Shown: positions 8,387 to 18,808, counted from the first letter of the stretch. The stretch is DNA of 64,000 nucleotides from Actinomycetales bacterium (GCA_038330045.1 JBBQNO010000002.1:21635-85634), one strand, 5' to 3'. Program-made: numbers and translations. Notes: generated by a model not told the origin, from the letters alone.

Positions 8387-10894
8387 ATGTTCGAACGGTT
8401 TACTGACCGAGCCCGCCGCGTGGTTGTGCTTGCGCAAGAAGAAGCGCGCATGCTCAACCACAACTACATCGGCACTGAGCACATCCTTCTCGGCCTCATC
8501 CACGAAGGCGAAGGCGTAGCAGCCAAGGCCCTGGAGTCTTTGGGCATCTCTCTGGACGCAGTCCGGGATCAGGTGCAGGAGATCATCGGCCAAGGGCAGC
8601 AGTCCCCGACGGGGCACATTCCTTTCACTCCCCGCGCCAAGAAGGTGTTGGAGCTCTCGCTGCGCGAGGGCCTGCAGCTTGGCCACAACTACATCGGGAC
8701 CGAGCACATCCTGCTCGGCCTCATTCGTGAAGGCGAGGGGGTCGCCGCCCAGGTGCTGGTCAAGCTCGGTGCTGACCTCAACAAGGTCCGCCAGCAGGTC
8801 ATCCAATTGCTCTCGGGCTACCAGGGCAAAGAAACGGCAGCCGCCGGGGTCGGTTCAGGCGGCCAAGAGGGCCAGCAGGCCGGCTCGCTGGTGCTCGACC
8901 AGTTCGGCCGCAACCTGACCCAAGCTGCACGCGAAGGCAAGCTCGACCCCGTCATCGGTCGATCTAAAGAGATCGAGCGCGTCATGCAGGTGCTGTCGCG
9001 TCGGACCAAGAACAACCCGGTCCTGATTGGCGAGCCCGGTGTCGGTAAGACGGCGGTGGTCGAGGGCCTAGCCAGTGACATCATTCGCGGGGAGGTGCCG
9101 GAGACGCTGAAGGACAAGCAGCTCTACACCCTGGACCTCGGTGCGCTCGTCGCAGGTAGCCGCTACCGCGGTGACTTCGAAGAGCGCCTGAAGAAGGTCC
9201 TCAAAGAGATCCGTACGCGCGGCGACATCATCTTGTTTATCGACGAGATCCACACCCTCGTCGGGGCAGGTGCTGCCGAAGGCGCGATCGACGCGGCCAG
9301 CATCCTTAAGCCGATGTTGGCTCGTGGTGAGCTGCAGACCATCGGCGCCACCACGCTGGATGAGTACCGCAAGCACATCGAGAAAGACGCGGCGCTGGAA
9401 CGGCGTTTCCAGCCGATCCAGGTGGCTGAGCCGACCCTTGCTCATTCCATCGAGATCCTCAAAGGCCTGCGCGACCGTTATGAAGCGCACCACCGAGTTT
9501 CGATTACGGACGGGGCACTGGTCGCTGCGGCCACCATGGCCGACCGCTATATCAACGATCGTTTCCTGCCCGATAAGGCCATCGACTTGATCGACGAGGC
9601 CGGGGCCCGACTACGCATCCGCCGGATGACCGCACCGCCAGACTTGCGCGATTTCGACGAGAAGATTAGTCACGCCAAGCGGGAAAAGGAGTCGGCCATC
9701 GACGGCCAAGACTTCGAGCTCGCGGCCCGGCTGCGCGACGAGGAGCACAAGCTCACTCAGGCCCGCGCATCTCGTGAGAAGGAATGGAAGGCCGGCGACA
9801 TGGACGTTGTGGCCGAGGTTGACGAGGAGCTCATCGCTGAGGTTCTTGCGGCGTCCACCGGCATTCCGGTGATGCGTTTGACCGAGGAAGAGTCCTCGCG
9901 TCTGTTGCACATGGAAGACGAGCTGCACAAGCGGATCGTCGGCATGGAAGAGGCGATTAAGTCCATATCGCAGGCCATCCGTCGCACCCGCGCCGGGTTG
10001 AAAGACCCGAAGCGCCCCGGCGGCTCGTTTATCTTTGCCGGCCCCACCGGTGTCGGTAAGACCGAGTTGGCTAAGGCCCTAGCCGAGTTCTTGTTCGGTG
10101 ACGAAGACTCGCTGATCACCCTCGACATGTCCGAGTACTCCGAGAAGCACACGGTCTCGCGGATGTTCGGCTCCCCTCCCGGCTACGTCGGCGACGAAGA
10201 GGGTGGCCAACTCACCGAGAAGGTGCGGCGCAAGCCGTTCTCCGTGGTGCTCTTCGATGAGATCGAAAAGGCTCACCCCGACATTTTCAACTCCCTGTTG
10301 CAGATTTTGGAAGACGGCCGATTGACCGACTCGCAAGGACGTGCGGTGGACTTCAAAAACACCGTCATCATCATGACCACCAACCTCGGCACCCGCGATA
10401 TCTCCAAGGGTGTCTCGCTCGGCTTCGCGGCCGGCAACGACAACAGCAGCGGCTACGAGCGGATGAAGAACAAGGTCACGGACGAGTTGAAGCAGCACTT
10501 CCGCCCCGAGTTCCTCAACCGAGTTGACGACACCATCGTCTTCCCGCAGTTGACGGAGCCCGAGATCGTTCAGATCGTCGACATGATGGTCGTGAAGTTG
10601 GACGAGCGCCTCAAGGACAAGGACATGGGCATCGAGCTCACGCCGAAGGCCAAGGCGCTGTTGGCCAAGAAGGGCTACGACCCCGTCTTGGGTGCTCGCC
10701 CGCTGCGGCGCGCCATCCAGCGTGAGATCGAAGACGCACTGTCGGAGAAGATCCTGTTCAAGGAGCTAGAGGCGGGTCAGATCGTCCTGGTCGACACCGA
10801 GGGCGAAGGCAAGAGCGAAGCCTTCACCTTCACCGGAACGACGAACTCGCAGATGCCGGACACCGTGCCGGTGGAGGCCACGTCGTCCGAATGA
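8387..10894 (+). CDS. clpC: ATP-dependent Clp protease ATP-binding subunit ClpC1
   Basis: [22 protein letters not shown]-terminus, two Walker A motifs ([16 protein letters not shown]), GARPLRR. True start is ATG 8387 after a GGAGA RBS. Confidence 0.98.
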   Translation: MFERFTDRARRVVVLAQEEARMLNHNYIGTEHILLGLIHEGEGVAAKALESLGISLDAVRDQVQEIIGQGQQSPTGHIPFTPRAKKVLELSLREGLQLGHNYIGTEHILLGLIREGEGVAAQVLVKLGADLNKVRQQVIQLLSGYQGKETAAAGVGSGGQEGQQAGSLVLDQFGRNLTQAAREGKLDPVIGRSKEIERVMQVLSRRTKNNPVLIGEPGVGKTAVVEGLASDIIRGEVPETLKDKQLYTLDLGALVAGSRYRGDFEERLKKVLKEIRTRGDIILFIDEIHTLVGAGAAEGAIDAASILKPMLARGELQTIGATTLDEYRKHIEKDAALERRFQPIQVAEPTLAHSIEILKGLRDRYEAHHRVSITDGALVAAATMADRYINDRFLPDKAIDLIDEAGARLRIRRMTAPPDLRDFDEKISHAKREKESAIDGQDFELAARLRDEEHKLTQARASREKEWKAGDMDVVAEVDEELIAEVLAASTGIPVMRLTEEESSRLLHMEDELHKRIVGMEEAIKSISQAIRRTRAGLKDPKRPGGSFIFAGPTGVGKTELAKALAEFLFGDEDSLITLDMSEYSEKHTVSRMFGSPPGYVGDEEGGQLTEKVRRKPFSVVLFDEIEKAHPDIFNSLLQILEDGRLTDSQGRAVDFKNTVIIMTTNLGTRDISKGVSLGFAAGNDNSSGYERMKNKVTDELKQHFRPEFLNRVDDTIVFPQLTEPEIVQIVDMMVVKLDERLKDKDMGIELTPKAKALLAKKGYDPVLGARPLRRAIQREIEDALSEKILFKELEAGQIVLVDTEGEGKSEAFTFTGTTNSQMPDTVPVEATSSE

Positions 10895-10912
10895 TCGAAC
10901 CGGTGAGGTGAC

Positions 10913-11848
10913 TCACCCCGATCCAAATCCGTACCAGAGCGCGCCTTCGAGTCTCTGACTCGGGGGCGCGCTCTGTGCGCTCGGGGGGTCTTGATCCGCT
11001 TCGATCAGGCATTCGCTGACCAGCGCGGCCAGGCATCGTTCTCGTTGCTGGGTGTCAGTGGGCCAGACCTCGGCGAACTCGTGATGGCCCAGCCAGTGAT
11101 CGTGATCACGCAGGGCCTGCAAGATCTTCCCGCGGCACTGCCGGTCGGTGCCGTGCCACGCCTGACGTTTGTGTGCCGGGCCGGAGTATGCCGGGGATCC
11201 AGCTAGCAGCCATGCGCAGCGGTCGTTGATCGGGCATTGATCGCACTGCGGAGAGCGGGCGGTGCACAGCAGAGCACCGAGTTCCATCACCGCGACGTTC
11301 CACTGCACGCTTGCGTCGACGTCGTCGGGCACACACGCATCAGCCAGGGTGGTCTCTGCCCGGGTGAGCGAAGGGGCACCCAGCCCCACCCCTGTGCGGG
11401 CGCGAGCGAGGACGCGGCGCACGTTGGTATCCACGACGGTGGTGCGAGCCCCGAAGGCGAAGGCCGCCACCGCGGCGGCCGTGTACGTGCCGACGCCGGG
11501 CAAGGCCAACAAATCTGCCTCGGCGTGGGGCACCCGCCCCTGGTGGCGATCCACGATGGCTACGGCGCACGCATGCAGCCGCACCGCTCGTCGGGGGTAG
11601 CCCAGTCGGCTCCACGCCCGCACGGCCTCGCCCGCGGGCTCGGCAGCTAGCGCCTCAGGAGTGGGCCACCGAATCATCCATCGCTGCCACACCGGCTCGA
11701 CGCGGCGGACCGGGGTCTGCTGCAGCATGACTTCGGAGACAAGCACGCTCCACGCGCTCGCGTCGTCGGCGCGCCACGGCAGATCTCGCTTGTGCTCGTC
11801 ATACCAAGCCAGCACAGGTGCATGCAGGTCGAAGGCTAGATCGGTCAC
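10913..11848 (-). CDS. mutY: A/G-specific adenine glycosylase MutY
   Basis: LVSEVMLQQT, WSRLGYPRRA, HhH LPGVGTYTA, VVDTNVRR, and 4Fe-4S motif CTARSPQCDQCPINDRC. GTG at 11848 overlaps the disA stop. Confidence 0.95.
   Translation of the reverse strand: MTDLAFDLHAPVLAWYDEHKRDLPWRADDASAWSVLVSEVMLQQTPVRRVEPVWQRWMIRWPTPEALAAEPAGEAVRAWSRLGYPRRAVRLHACAVAIVDRHQGRVPHAEADLLALPGVGTYTAAAVAAFAFGARTTVVDTNVRRVLARARTGVGLGAPSLTRAETTLADACVPDDVDASVQWNVAVMELGALLCTARSPQCDQCPINDRCAWLLAGSPAYSGPAHKRQAWHGTDRQCRGKILQALRDHDHWLGHHEFAEVWPTDTQQRERCLAALVSECLIEADQDPPSAQSAPPSQRLEGALWYGFGSG
10935..10975. terminator. Hairpin terminator between convergent clpC and mutY (overlaps the mutY 3' end)
   Basis: cagagcgcgcc-ttcgagtc / gactcggg-ggcgcgctctg stem with G-U pairs. 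Confidence 0.65.
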
Positions 11849-12921
11849 ACGTGGCGGTCCATGATGCTGCTCTCGGCCAGGCGCGAGAGGCTCTCGCGGA
11901 CTGCTTTTGCGCGCCACTCACCGACACCGTCCACATCGGTCAGGTCATCGACCCCGGCGGATAAAAGCGACTGCAGGCTGCCGAAGTGTTCGATGAGACG
12001 CTCGGCGATGCTCGGGGGCAAGCGGGGAATACGGGCCATCAGACGCGCTCCGAGGGGGTAGATCGGCGTGTCGAGATTCTCGGTGGACCCCGGGAAACCG
12101 AGACAACGTGCGACGGCACCGAGGTTGACCAGGTCGGTCGCGCTCAGGGCATCGATACCGCGCAGCACCTCGGCTTCGCTGCGCACAATCGGTGCCTGAT
12201 GCACGTAGTCGCGCACCAACAACTCACGGCTCAGACCGATCCCGCCGACGAGCTCACTCAGCTGAAGGCCGATGAGTCGGCCGTCGACACCCAATTCGAC
12301 GCGGTACTGAGAAATCTCGTGGCTGATCCGGTGCACCATCTCCAAGCGCTGCAGCATCGAGGCTGCGTCGCGCACCGTCACTGTGTTTTCGATCTCCAGG
12401 GCAGAGAGGGTGCCCGCGATCTCGTCGAGGCGTGAGCGATAGCGCGTCAGCGTCTGCAGCGCCTGGTCGGCGCGCGAGAGGATCTGGGTCGAGGAATCGA
12501 GGACGTGACGCAGATTGCCGATGTAGACCGCGACCAACGACATCGAGGCGCTGACCGAAACGACAGGGCAGCCGGTTTGTTTGGCCGTGCGCTCAGCCGT
12601 TCGGTGGCGGGTGCCGCTCTCCTTGGTCTGCACGTTGGGGTCGGGCACCAACTGGACGGCAGCACGGACGATGCGGGTGCCGGCACGGTCGAGGATGATC
12701 CCTCCGTCCATCTTCGCCAGCTCACGCAGCCGGGTCGCCGAGAACTCGACGTCTAACTCGAAGCCGCCGGTGCACAACTCAAGAACGGGCTCACTGTCGT
12801 CGAGCACGATGAGGGCTCCCGTGCGCCCCCGAAGGATGCGCTCGAGCCCGTCGCGCAGGTCTGTGCCGGGCGCCACTGCGGCCAGCGTCTCTCGCAGAAC
12901 TTCTTCGTCTGCCTGTCCCAC
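11845..12921 (-). CDS. disA: DNA integrity scanning diadenylate cyclase DisA
   Basis: APGTDLRDGLERI, DAC motifs DGG and GTRHR, C-terminal HhH (VDGVGEWRA). Start is approximate (GTG 12921). Confidence 0.95.
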   Translation of the reverse strand: MGQADEEVLRETLAAVAPGTDLRDGLERILRGRTGALIVLDDSEPVLELCTGGFELDVEFSATRLRELAKMDGGIILDRAGTRIVRAAVQLVPDPNVQTKESGTRHRTAERTAKQTGCPVVSVSASMSLVAVYIGNLRHVLDSSTQILSRADQALQTLTRYRSRLDEIAGTLSALEIENTVTVRDAASMLQRLEMVHRISHEISQYRVELGVDGRLIGLQLSELVGGIGLSRELLVRDYVHQAPIVRSEAEVLRGIDALSATDLVNLGAVARCLGFPGSTENLDTPIYPLGARLMARIPRLPPSIAERLIEHFGSLQSLLSAGVDDLTDVDGVGEWRAKAVRESLSRLAESSIMDRHV

Positions 12922-13010
12922 GTGTGCTTGCCCCTGACGTTGCCCGTAGATCTGATGAGTCCGCCGACCGCAGCCGTCCACGCAGCGCCTTGGCTGGGGC
13001 GTCCCCGCGG

Positions 13011-14450
13011 TCAGGCGTCAATCTTCCCACGAAAATCGTTGATATCCGTGGGTGGCTTGTGATCGGCGCTGACCATGTCGAACGCCATCACCGCCGCCTG
13101 GGCCAGCGTCCCTGCCTGGGCCACGTGCATACCTGCTGGTGGAGCGCCTTCAGTCAACGAACCAAAGGGCACCACGGCTCGGCGAAAGCCGATGCGATGA
13201 GCCTCGGCCAGTCGGCGCGGAACGCCGGTGACCGACCGCAATTCTCCGGCCAAGCCGACCTCGCCAAACGCGACGGTGCCCAGCGGCAAAGCCCGGTCCA
13301 CGCTCGCTCCGGCTAGAGCCAAAGCGATCGCCAGGTCGGCTGCTGGCTCTGCTAGGCGCACGCCGCCGACGGTGGACGCGTAGCAATCGCTTGCAGCAAA
13401 ATCTAGCCCGACCCGGCGGCTCAGCACGGCCAGCACCATCGCCAGCCGGGATGAGTCGAGCCCGCTGGTCGTCCGCCTCGGACTACCACCAGCACTCGGG
13501 GATATCAACGCCTGCACCTCGGTGACCAAAGGACGACGACCCTCCAGCGTCACCGTGACACAGGTGCCCGCCACCGCCACGTCTCGACTGGTCAGGAACA
13601 GCGCACTGGGGTCCGGGAGGCCGACGATGCCCGCGTCCCCGAGATCAAAGCAACCGACCTCGTCGGTCGGCCCGAAACGGTTCTTGACCGCGCGCACCAG
13701 CCGCAAGCGAGAGTGACGCTCGCCCTCGAACTGGACCACCACGTCCACAAGGTGCTCCAACACTCGGGGTCCGGCGATCGACCCGTCCTTAGTGACGTGC
13801 CCGATCAGCATGGCCGACATGTGCTGGGCCTTCGCGGTCTGGATCAGCGCTGAGGCGACTTCCTTGACCTGACCCACGTTGCCCGGTGCGCCCTCGAGGT
13901 CGGCGCTAGCAACCGTTTGCACCGAGTCGACGATGAGCAAAGCGGGCTCCACTCGCTCAACGTGGCCCAAGATCGAGGCTAAGTCGGTCTCGGCCGCGAG
14001 ATACAGCGTAGGAGCCAGCGCCTGGATGCGCTCGGCCCGCAATCGGACCTGGGCCGCGGACTCTTCCCCGGAGACGTAGAGCACTCTGCGGCCTTCACGT
14101 GCCGCGCGCGCCGCCACGTCTAAGGCCAGGGTGGACTTGCCGATGCCGGGCTCCCCCGCGAGCAGGACCACCGCCCCAGGCACCAATCCCCCGCCGAGCA
14201 CCCGGTCGAATTCGCTGACCCCGGTGGAACTGGCGCGGGCGAGGTCAAGGCTGACATCTTCAATGGGCACCGCGGGGCGTGCTGGTGTGACGGCTGCCGT
14301 GCGCGCACCGCTTGCCCCGGCTTCGGCGACGCTTCCCCACTCTTGGCACTCCCCGCATCGGCCCACCCACTTGATGCTGGTCCACCCGCATTCGGAGCAC
14401 CTATAGGCCGGGCCTTGTTTCCTGGATGTGGTGTTGCGGGATGTGGCCAT
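13011..14450 (-). CDS. radA: DNA repair protein RadA/Sms
   Basis: Zn finger CSECG...CGEC, Walker A GEPGIGKST, KNRFG motif, Lon-like C-terminus. ATG 14450 is supported by the upstream promoter. Confidence 0.97.
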   Translation of the reverse strand: MATSRNTTSRKQGPAYRCSECGWTSIKWVGRCGECQEWGSVAEAGASGARTAAVTPARPAVPIEDVSLDLARASSTGVSEFDRVLGGGLVPGAVVLLAGEPGIGKSTLALDVAARAAREGRRVLYVSGEESAAQVRLRAERIQALAPTLYLAAETDLASILGHVERVEPALLIVDSVQTVASADLEGAPGNVGQVKEVASALIQTAKAQHMSAMLIGHVTKDGSIAGPRVLEHLVDVVVQFEGERHSRLRLVRAVKNRFGPTDEVGCFDLGDAGIVGLPDPSALFLTSRDVAVAGTCVTVTLEGRRPLVTEVQALISPSAGGSPRRTTSGLDSSRLAMVLAVLSRRVGLDFAASDCYASTVGGVRLAEPAADLAIALALAGASVDRALPLGTVAFGEVGLAGELRSVTGVPRRLAEAHRIGFRRAVVPFGSLTEGAPPAGMHVAQAGTLAQAAVMAFDMVSADHKPPTDINDFRGKIDA

Positions 14451-14457
14451 GACGCTC

Positions 14458-14479
14458 AGGCTAGGTGTTGCCACCGACA
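14458..14479 (-). promoter_or_regulatory. PafBC-type (RecA-NDp) DNA-damage promoter of radA
   Basis: TGTCGG-tggcaacacc(N10)-TAGCCT, 7 nt before the ATG. Matches the established TGTCGG-N10-TA-N3-T consensus. Confidence 0.8.
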
Positions 14480-14519
14480 GTGCGGGACACATCAGTGGCG
14501 CAAGGGGCCTCTAGTGCAG

Positions 14520-15124
14520 TCACTGGGTCGTGTCGGGGTTGGTGATATGCCACAGGTTGACGGCATAGTCCCTTTCAACAGGCACGCAATCCCAGCCATG
14601 CCGCCGCCAGAATCGCTCGACGGCCAGCGGGTCGTGGTCGGGCCAAGCCGCCCTGAACCACGTGCCGAACGTGGATCGGGTGGCGTCGTTGTCGATCACG
14701 AACGCGGTGCCACCCGGGGCTAAGACCCGGGTCAGCTCGGCGAGCCCGGGCTCGCAGCCGGGCCAGAAAAGTAGGCCCACCGAGCGTGGACCACGTCGAT
14801 CGATGCGTCAGCGACGGGGAGGTTTTGCGCGGTCCCCTTCCGGACCTCGACGTGCGGCGCGTCTACGGAGGCCAGGCGCTCGCGGGCCCGCTGCACCAAA
14901 GGCGGGTGTGGCTCGACGCCGATCACCGACGCGGCACGGGCCCCCAGGATCGGCAGCTGGTAGCCGCTGCCACACCCCACGTCCAAGACCCGGGCACCCG
15001 TGTGGTCAGCAATCATCTGCATGGCTGACCACATCGCGCCGTCGGGGTCGACCCCACGGTTCTCGAGTTCGTAGATGTCGACGTCATTCCAGATGTTGGG
15101 ACTGACGATGACGGGATCGTTCAC
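14520..15124 (-). pseudogene. Class I SAM-dependent methyltransferase, frameshifted
   Basis: Motif I VLDVGCGSG and VVHARWAYF lie in ORF 14732..15124. The continuation PGCEPGLAELTRVLAPGG lies in another frame (14520..14780). The shift is at about 14760-14771. Confidence 0.75.
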
Positions 15125-15126
15125 CG

Positions 15127-15966
15127 CTAGCTGGCCGTGGCCGCCGCAGCGACAGTGGCTGGGTGCACGAAGAGCGGCAGCATCGCGCGCCCCTCTGGCG
15201 TCGTGCGCGCTGGAGCGGGGCGATCAGTGATCACTTGGTCGCACAACTCGACCAGCACGTCGTATGCCGGCGCTCCCATGAGTTCCACCAATTCGGCTTC
15301 GGCGGTGCGATACAACGCGTCGGCTGCCGAGTGGGCTAATGGTGAAGCGGTGCAGTACCAGTCGAAGTCATGACCGCCGGCCCCCCAGCCGCTGCGGTCG
15401 TATTCGCCGATGGTGATCTCGACGTATTCCGTTTCGTCGGCGAGCACGACCTCGCGGTAGCTGCGTTGCAGCGGCAACTGCCAACACACGTCGGGCTTAG
15501 TCGTGTGCGGCGGAACTTCTGTGGCCAAAGCGTGCTGGTGCAAGGCGCAGCCAGGCCCCGTGGGAAAGCCGGGGCGGTTCAAGAAGATGCACGCGCCGTC
15601 CACCGTTGTAGTGGTCGTCTCGGGAGGGTCACTGGGTCGGTCGCCCGGCACAGTCATCACCCAGGCGTCGTCTTGGCCGAGATCGTGCATCTGCCACTCG
15701 TCGGGGCCCAAGGTCGTTGCGACCGCGCGCACCCGCGCGACATCGTCGGCATCACTGAAGTGAGCACCCAAGGTGCAGCAACCGTCGTCGGGCCTCTCGG
15801 CGTACACCCCTGGGCAGCCCTGCCCGAAGATGCACTGGTAGGCCGATGTCAGCCACGTCAGGTCGACGCGCAGGCGTTGCGCGGGTTCAGCTGGGTCGGT
15901 AAACTCCGCCCACATGCGCGCAGCGTCGGTGTCCACCTCGTCAGTGGTGGCGGTGTCGTTCACCAC
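15127..15966 (-). CDS. Conserved Cys-rich hypothetical protein (putative metal/Fe-S binding)
   Basis: CIFGQGCPG..DGCC, CIFL..GCALH, KPDVCWQLP and WYC clusters. Start estimated at GTG ~15963-15966; the track start 16173 would overlap the divergent gene. Confidence 0.75.
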   Translation of the reverse strand: MVNDTATTDEVDTDAARMWAEFTDPAEPAQRLRVDLTWLTSAYQCIFGQGCPGVYAERPDDGCCTLGAHFSDADDVARVRAVATTLGPDEWQMHDLGQDDAWVMTVPGDRPSDPPETTTTTVDGACIFLNRPGFPTGPGCALHQHALATEVPPHTTKPDVCWQLPLQRSYREVVLADETEYVEITIGEYDRSGWGAGGHDFDWYCTASPLAHSAADALYRTAEAELVELMGAPAYDVLVELCDQVITDRPAPARTTPEGRAMLPLFVHPATVAAAATAS

Positions 15967-16075
15967 GACAGCGTAGATGGCCTGGGCATGAAGGTGACCC
16001 GTCCATCTGCTCAAGAGAGGACTACGCTGTTCGCCATGAGGCAGAGCGCGTATGGCAACGCCTAAAGTGCCATCC

Positions 16076-16861
16076 GTGAAAGTGCATCTGTCGACATCGT
16101 CGGTGTATCCGAAAGGGCCCGGATACTGCTTCGATCTCGCACAGCGTCTGGGGTACGACGGGGTCGAGATCATGGTCTGGACCGACGAGGTGAGTCAGCA
16201 GGCTGCACCGCTTCGGGCTTTGGCGGCCGAGCACGATCTGGTCATCGGAGCCATCCACGCGCCGACTCTGCTCCTTGCTCAGCGACTGTGGGGCTGGGAC
16301 CCCTGGGGCAAGATCGATCGATCAATCGAGTTGGCGCAGGACGTGGGAGCACCGGTCGTGGTCATACACCCGCCCTTTCGGTGGCAGGGGAAGTATGCCG
16401 AGGGCTTCGTTGACGGCATTGCGCAACGGGCCAAGGGCACCGACGTGATCCTTGCCGTAGAGAACATGTTTCCGTGGCGGGTGGGCTCAACCGACCTGAA
16501 GGCCTACCTACCGGCGCACGACCCCACCGATGTCGACTACGAGCACGTCACGTTCGACATCTCCCACGCTGGGACGTCGGGCAGCGACGCTTTGGAGATG
16601 TTTCACGGATTGGGCTCCCGGGTGGCCCACGTGCATCTCGGCGACAGCATGGGGACGTTCAAGGACGAGCACCTGGTTCCGGGTCGTGGAGTGCAGCGGT
16701 GCGCCGAAGTGTTGCAGCATCTGGCGGGCACCGAGTTCAGCGGAGTGGTCAGCCTCGAAGTGAGCACCCGCAAGGTCGACGAAGCGCAACGCGAAGTCGA
16801 TCTCTCCGAGTCTTTGGCCTTCGCTCGGACGCATTTGAGCGCCCCCGCGGTAGCGAGTTAG
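16076..16861 (+). CDS. Sugar phosphate isomerase/epimerase (xylose-isomerase-like TIM barrel)
   Basis: GYDGVE, AIHAP, HPP, AVENMF, TFDISH, HVHLGD and DEHLVPG metal-binding pattern. Confidence 0.85.
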   Translation: MKVHLSTSSVYPKGPGYCFDLAQRLGYDGVEIMVWTDEVSQQAAPLRALAAEHDLVIGAIHAPTLLLAQRLWGWDPWGKIDRSIELAQDVGAPVVVIHPPFRWQGKYAEGFVDGIAQRAKGTDVILAVENMFPWRVGSTDLKAYLPAHDPTDVDYEHVTFDISHAGTSGSDALEMFHGLGSRVAHVHLGDSMGTFKDEHLVPGRGVQRCAEVLQHLAGTEFSGVVSLEVSTRKVDEAQREVDLSESLAFARTHLSAPAVAS

Positions 16862-16939
16862 CGGACCGCCCCGCCCGGCAGCGGGACCCAAATGGGGATG
16901 CTGCACCAGCCTTGCGGGCGAGAGCGTAGCCTGACCCCC

Positions 16940-17905
16940 ATGAATCTCGGGATCCTTGACCCTGCGCCGCTGTTACGACGGGGACTGCTGGAGGTGAGCC
17001 GCCACAATTCACTACGCAATGTGATCGAGAAGGCACCGGTCAGCCGCAACGTCGTCAACCGATTCGTGGCCGGAGCAGACACCGAGTCGGTGGTCTCAGT
17101 GGCCGGTAAACTCACTGCCACGCAGCGATCGGTCACCATCGACTATCTCGGTGAAGACACCCTCGATATCGAGATGGCCACCGCAACCAAAAACGCTTAC
17201 CTGGGGCTGCTTCAGCAGTTGTCTGACGCTGGCCTCACGGCGGGCGGATCGGTGGAGGTCAGCTTGAAGTTGAGCGCCCTTGGCCAGGCGCTCGGTGCCG
17301 ACGGATACGAGCGGGCGTTGGATAACGCACGCGAGATCTGCCGCATGGCCGCCAACGCAGGCACCACAGTGACCTTGGACATGGAGGACCACACCAGGAC
17401 CGACGCGACGCTCTCGGCCCTTCGTGAGTTGCGCCAAGACTTCCCGTGGGTTGGCGCGGTGCTGCAGTCCTACCTGCACCGCACCGAAGCGGATTGTCGC
17501 GATCTGGCCTACGAGGGCAGCCGTGTGCGGTTGTGTAAGGGCGCCTACAACGAGCCCGAGACCGTGGCCTACCAGGACAAAATCGACGTCGACAAGTCCT
17601 ACGTCCGCTGCTTGAAGGTGCTGATGGCCGGTAGGGGTTACCCGATGGTAGCCAGTCACGACCCTCGCATGATCGAGATCGCCGGGACGCTGGCTGATCG
17701 GGCCGGACGGGCCAGCGAAACCTTCGAATATCAACTGCTGCTCGGCATCCGACCCGATGAGCAACTGCGCTTGGCGGAGGCTGGCTCAACCGTGCGCGTC
17801 TACGTGCCGTACGGCGACGAGTGGTACGGCTACTTGGTGCGGCGCATGGCTGAGCGTCCGGCCAACTTGGTCTTCTTCGTGCGGTCCGTGCTGACCAAGA
17901 GCTGA
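16940..17905 (+). CDS. Monofunctional proline dehydrogenase
   Basis: RFVAG, SLKLSALG, LDMED, VLQSYL, VRLCKGAY, ASHD, YQLLLGIR, YVPYGDEWYGYLVRRMAERP. Confidence 0.93.
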   Translation: MNLGILDPAPLLRRGLLEVSRHNSLRNVIEKAPVSRNVVNRFVAGADTESVVSVAGKLTATQRSVTIDYLGEDTLDIEMATATKNAYLGLLQQLSDAGLTAGGSVEVSLKLSALGQALGADGYERALDNAREICRMAANAGTTVTLDMEDHTRTDATLSALRELRQDFPWVGAVLQSYLHRTEADCRDLAYEGSRVRLCKGAYNEPETVAYQDKIDVDKSYVRCLKVLMAGRGYPMVASHDPRMIEIAGTLADRAGRASETFEYQLLLGIRPDEQLRLAEAGSTVRVYVPYGDEWYGYLVRRMAERPANLVFFVRSVLTKS

Positions 17906-17909
17906 CCTG

Positions 17910-18710
17910 ATGGGCATCGCCATCCTCGGCGCGGGCGTGATGGGAAGCACGTTGCTGTCGGCCTTCATCCGTGCGGGGCACAACGTCAGCGATATCACCG
18001 TCAGCGACAAGGTCGAAGCCCGACGCAACGAGGTTGCCCTCGAGCATGGGGTGTATGCCGCCGACCCGGCTAACGCGTGCCGCGGCAGCTCGGTGGTGGT
18101 AGTCGCGGTCAAACCCCAAGACATGTCAGCTCTGTTGCAGGAAATCAGTGGCAGCGTGGAGCCCGGTGCCCTGGTGATCTCGATTGCCGCTGGGATCAGC
18201 ACGGAATTCCTCGAGAAGCACCTGCCGACCGGGACGTCTGTGGTGCGGGCGATGCCCAACACGCCGGCGTTGGTCGATGAGGCGATGTCTGCATTGGCGC
18301 TGGGGCGTCATTGCACGCCCGAGCACGGGGTCGAGGCCGAGGCGCTGTTGGGCACCATCGGCAAGGTCATCACCCTCGACGAACATCACCTTGACGCGGT
18401 GACGGCCCTGTCCGGCAGCGGTCCGGCATACATCTTCTATGTGGTCGAAGCCATGATCGAGGCGGGCGTGCTCTTGGGGTTGCCTCGGGTCACGGCCACC
18501 GAGCTCGTTGTACAGACGCTCTACGGCGCAGCCACGATGATGCGTGAGACCGGGCAACACCCCACCGTGCTGCGTGAGCAAGTGTCGAGTCCCGGTGGGA
18601 CCAGCGTGGCCGCGTTGCGAGAGCTGGAAGACCACAAGGTGCGGGCGGCGTTCATGACGGCCATCGAATCGGCTGCCCGTCGTTCCAAAGAGTTGTCCGC
18701 CCAAGACTGA
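17910..18710 (+). CDS. proC: Pyrroline-5-carboxylate reductase
   Basis: GAGVMG, VAVKPQ, VRAMPNTP, TALSGSGPAY, VSSPGGTS. Confidence 0.96.
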   Translation: MGIAILGAGVMGSTLLSAFIRAGHNVSDITVSDKVEARRNEVALEHGVYAADPANACRGSSVVVVAVKPQDMSALLQEISGSVEPGALVISIAAGISTEFLEKHLPTGTSVVRAMPNTPALVDEAMSALALGRHCTPEHGVEAEALLGTIGKVITLDEHHLDAVTALSGSGPAYIFYVVEAMIEAGVLLGLPRVTATELVVQTLYGAATMMRETGQHPTVLREQVSSPGGTSVAALRELEDHKVRAAFMTAIESAARRSKELSAQD

Positions 18711-18808
18711 GAAAATCTGCCAGAGAACGTTTCCCGGCGCACCAATCGTGGGCTTTACCTCTTGTTTACCTAGATTCGGGGGGCAAGGAGCCCGACCTGT
18801 GCCACCAT

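Noticed and set aside
16940-18710. Proline dehydrogenase next to proC as a novel futile cycle
   Set aside because: This adjacency is a known conserved arrangement in Actinobacteria.
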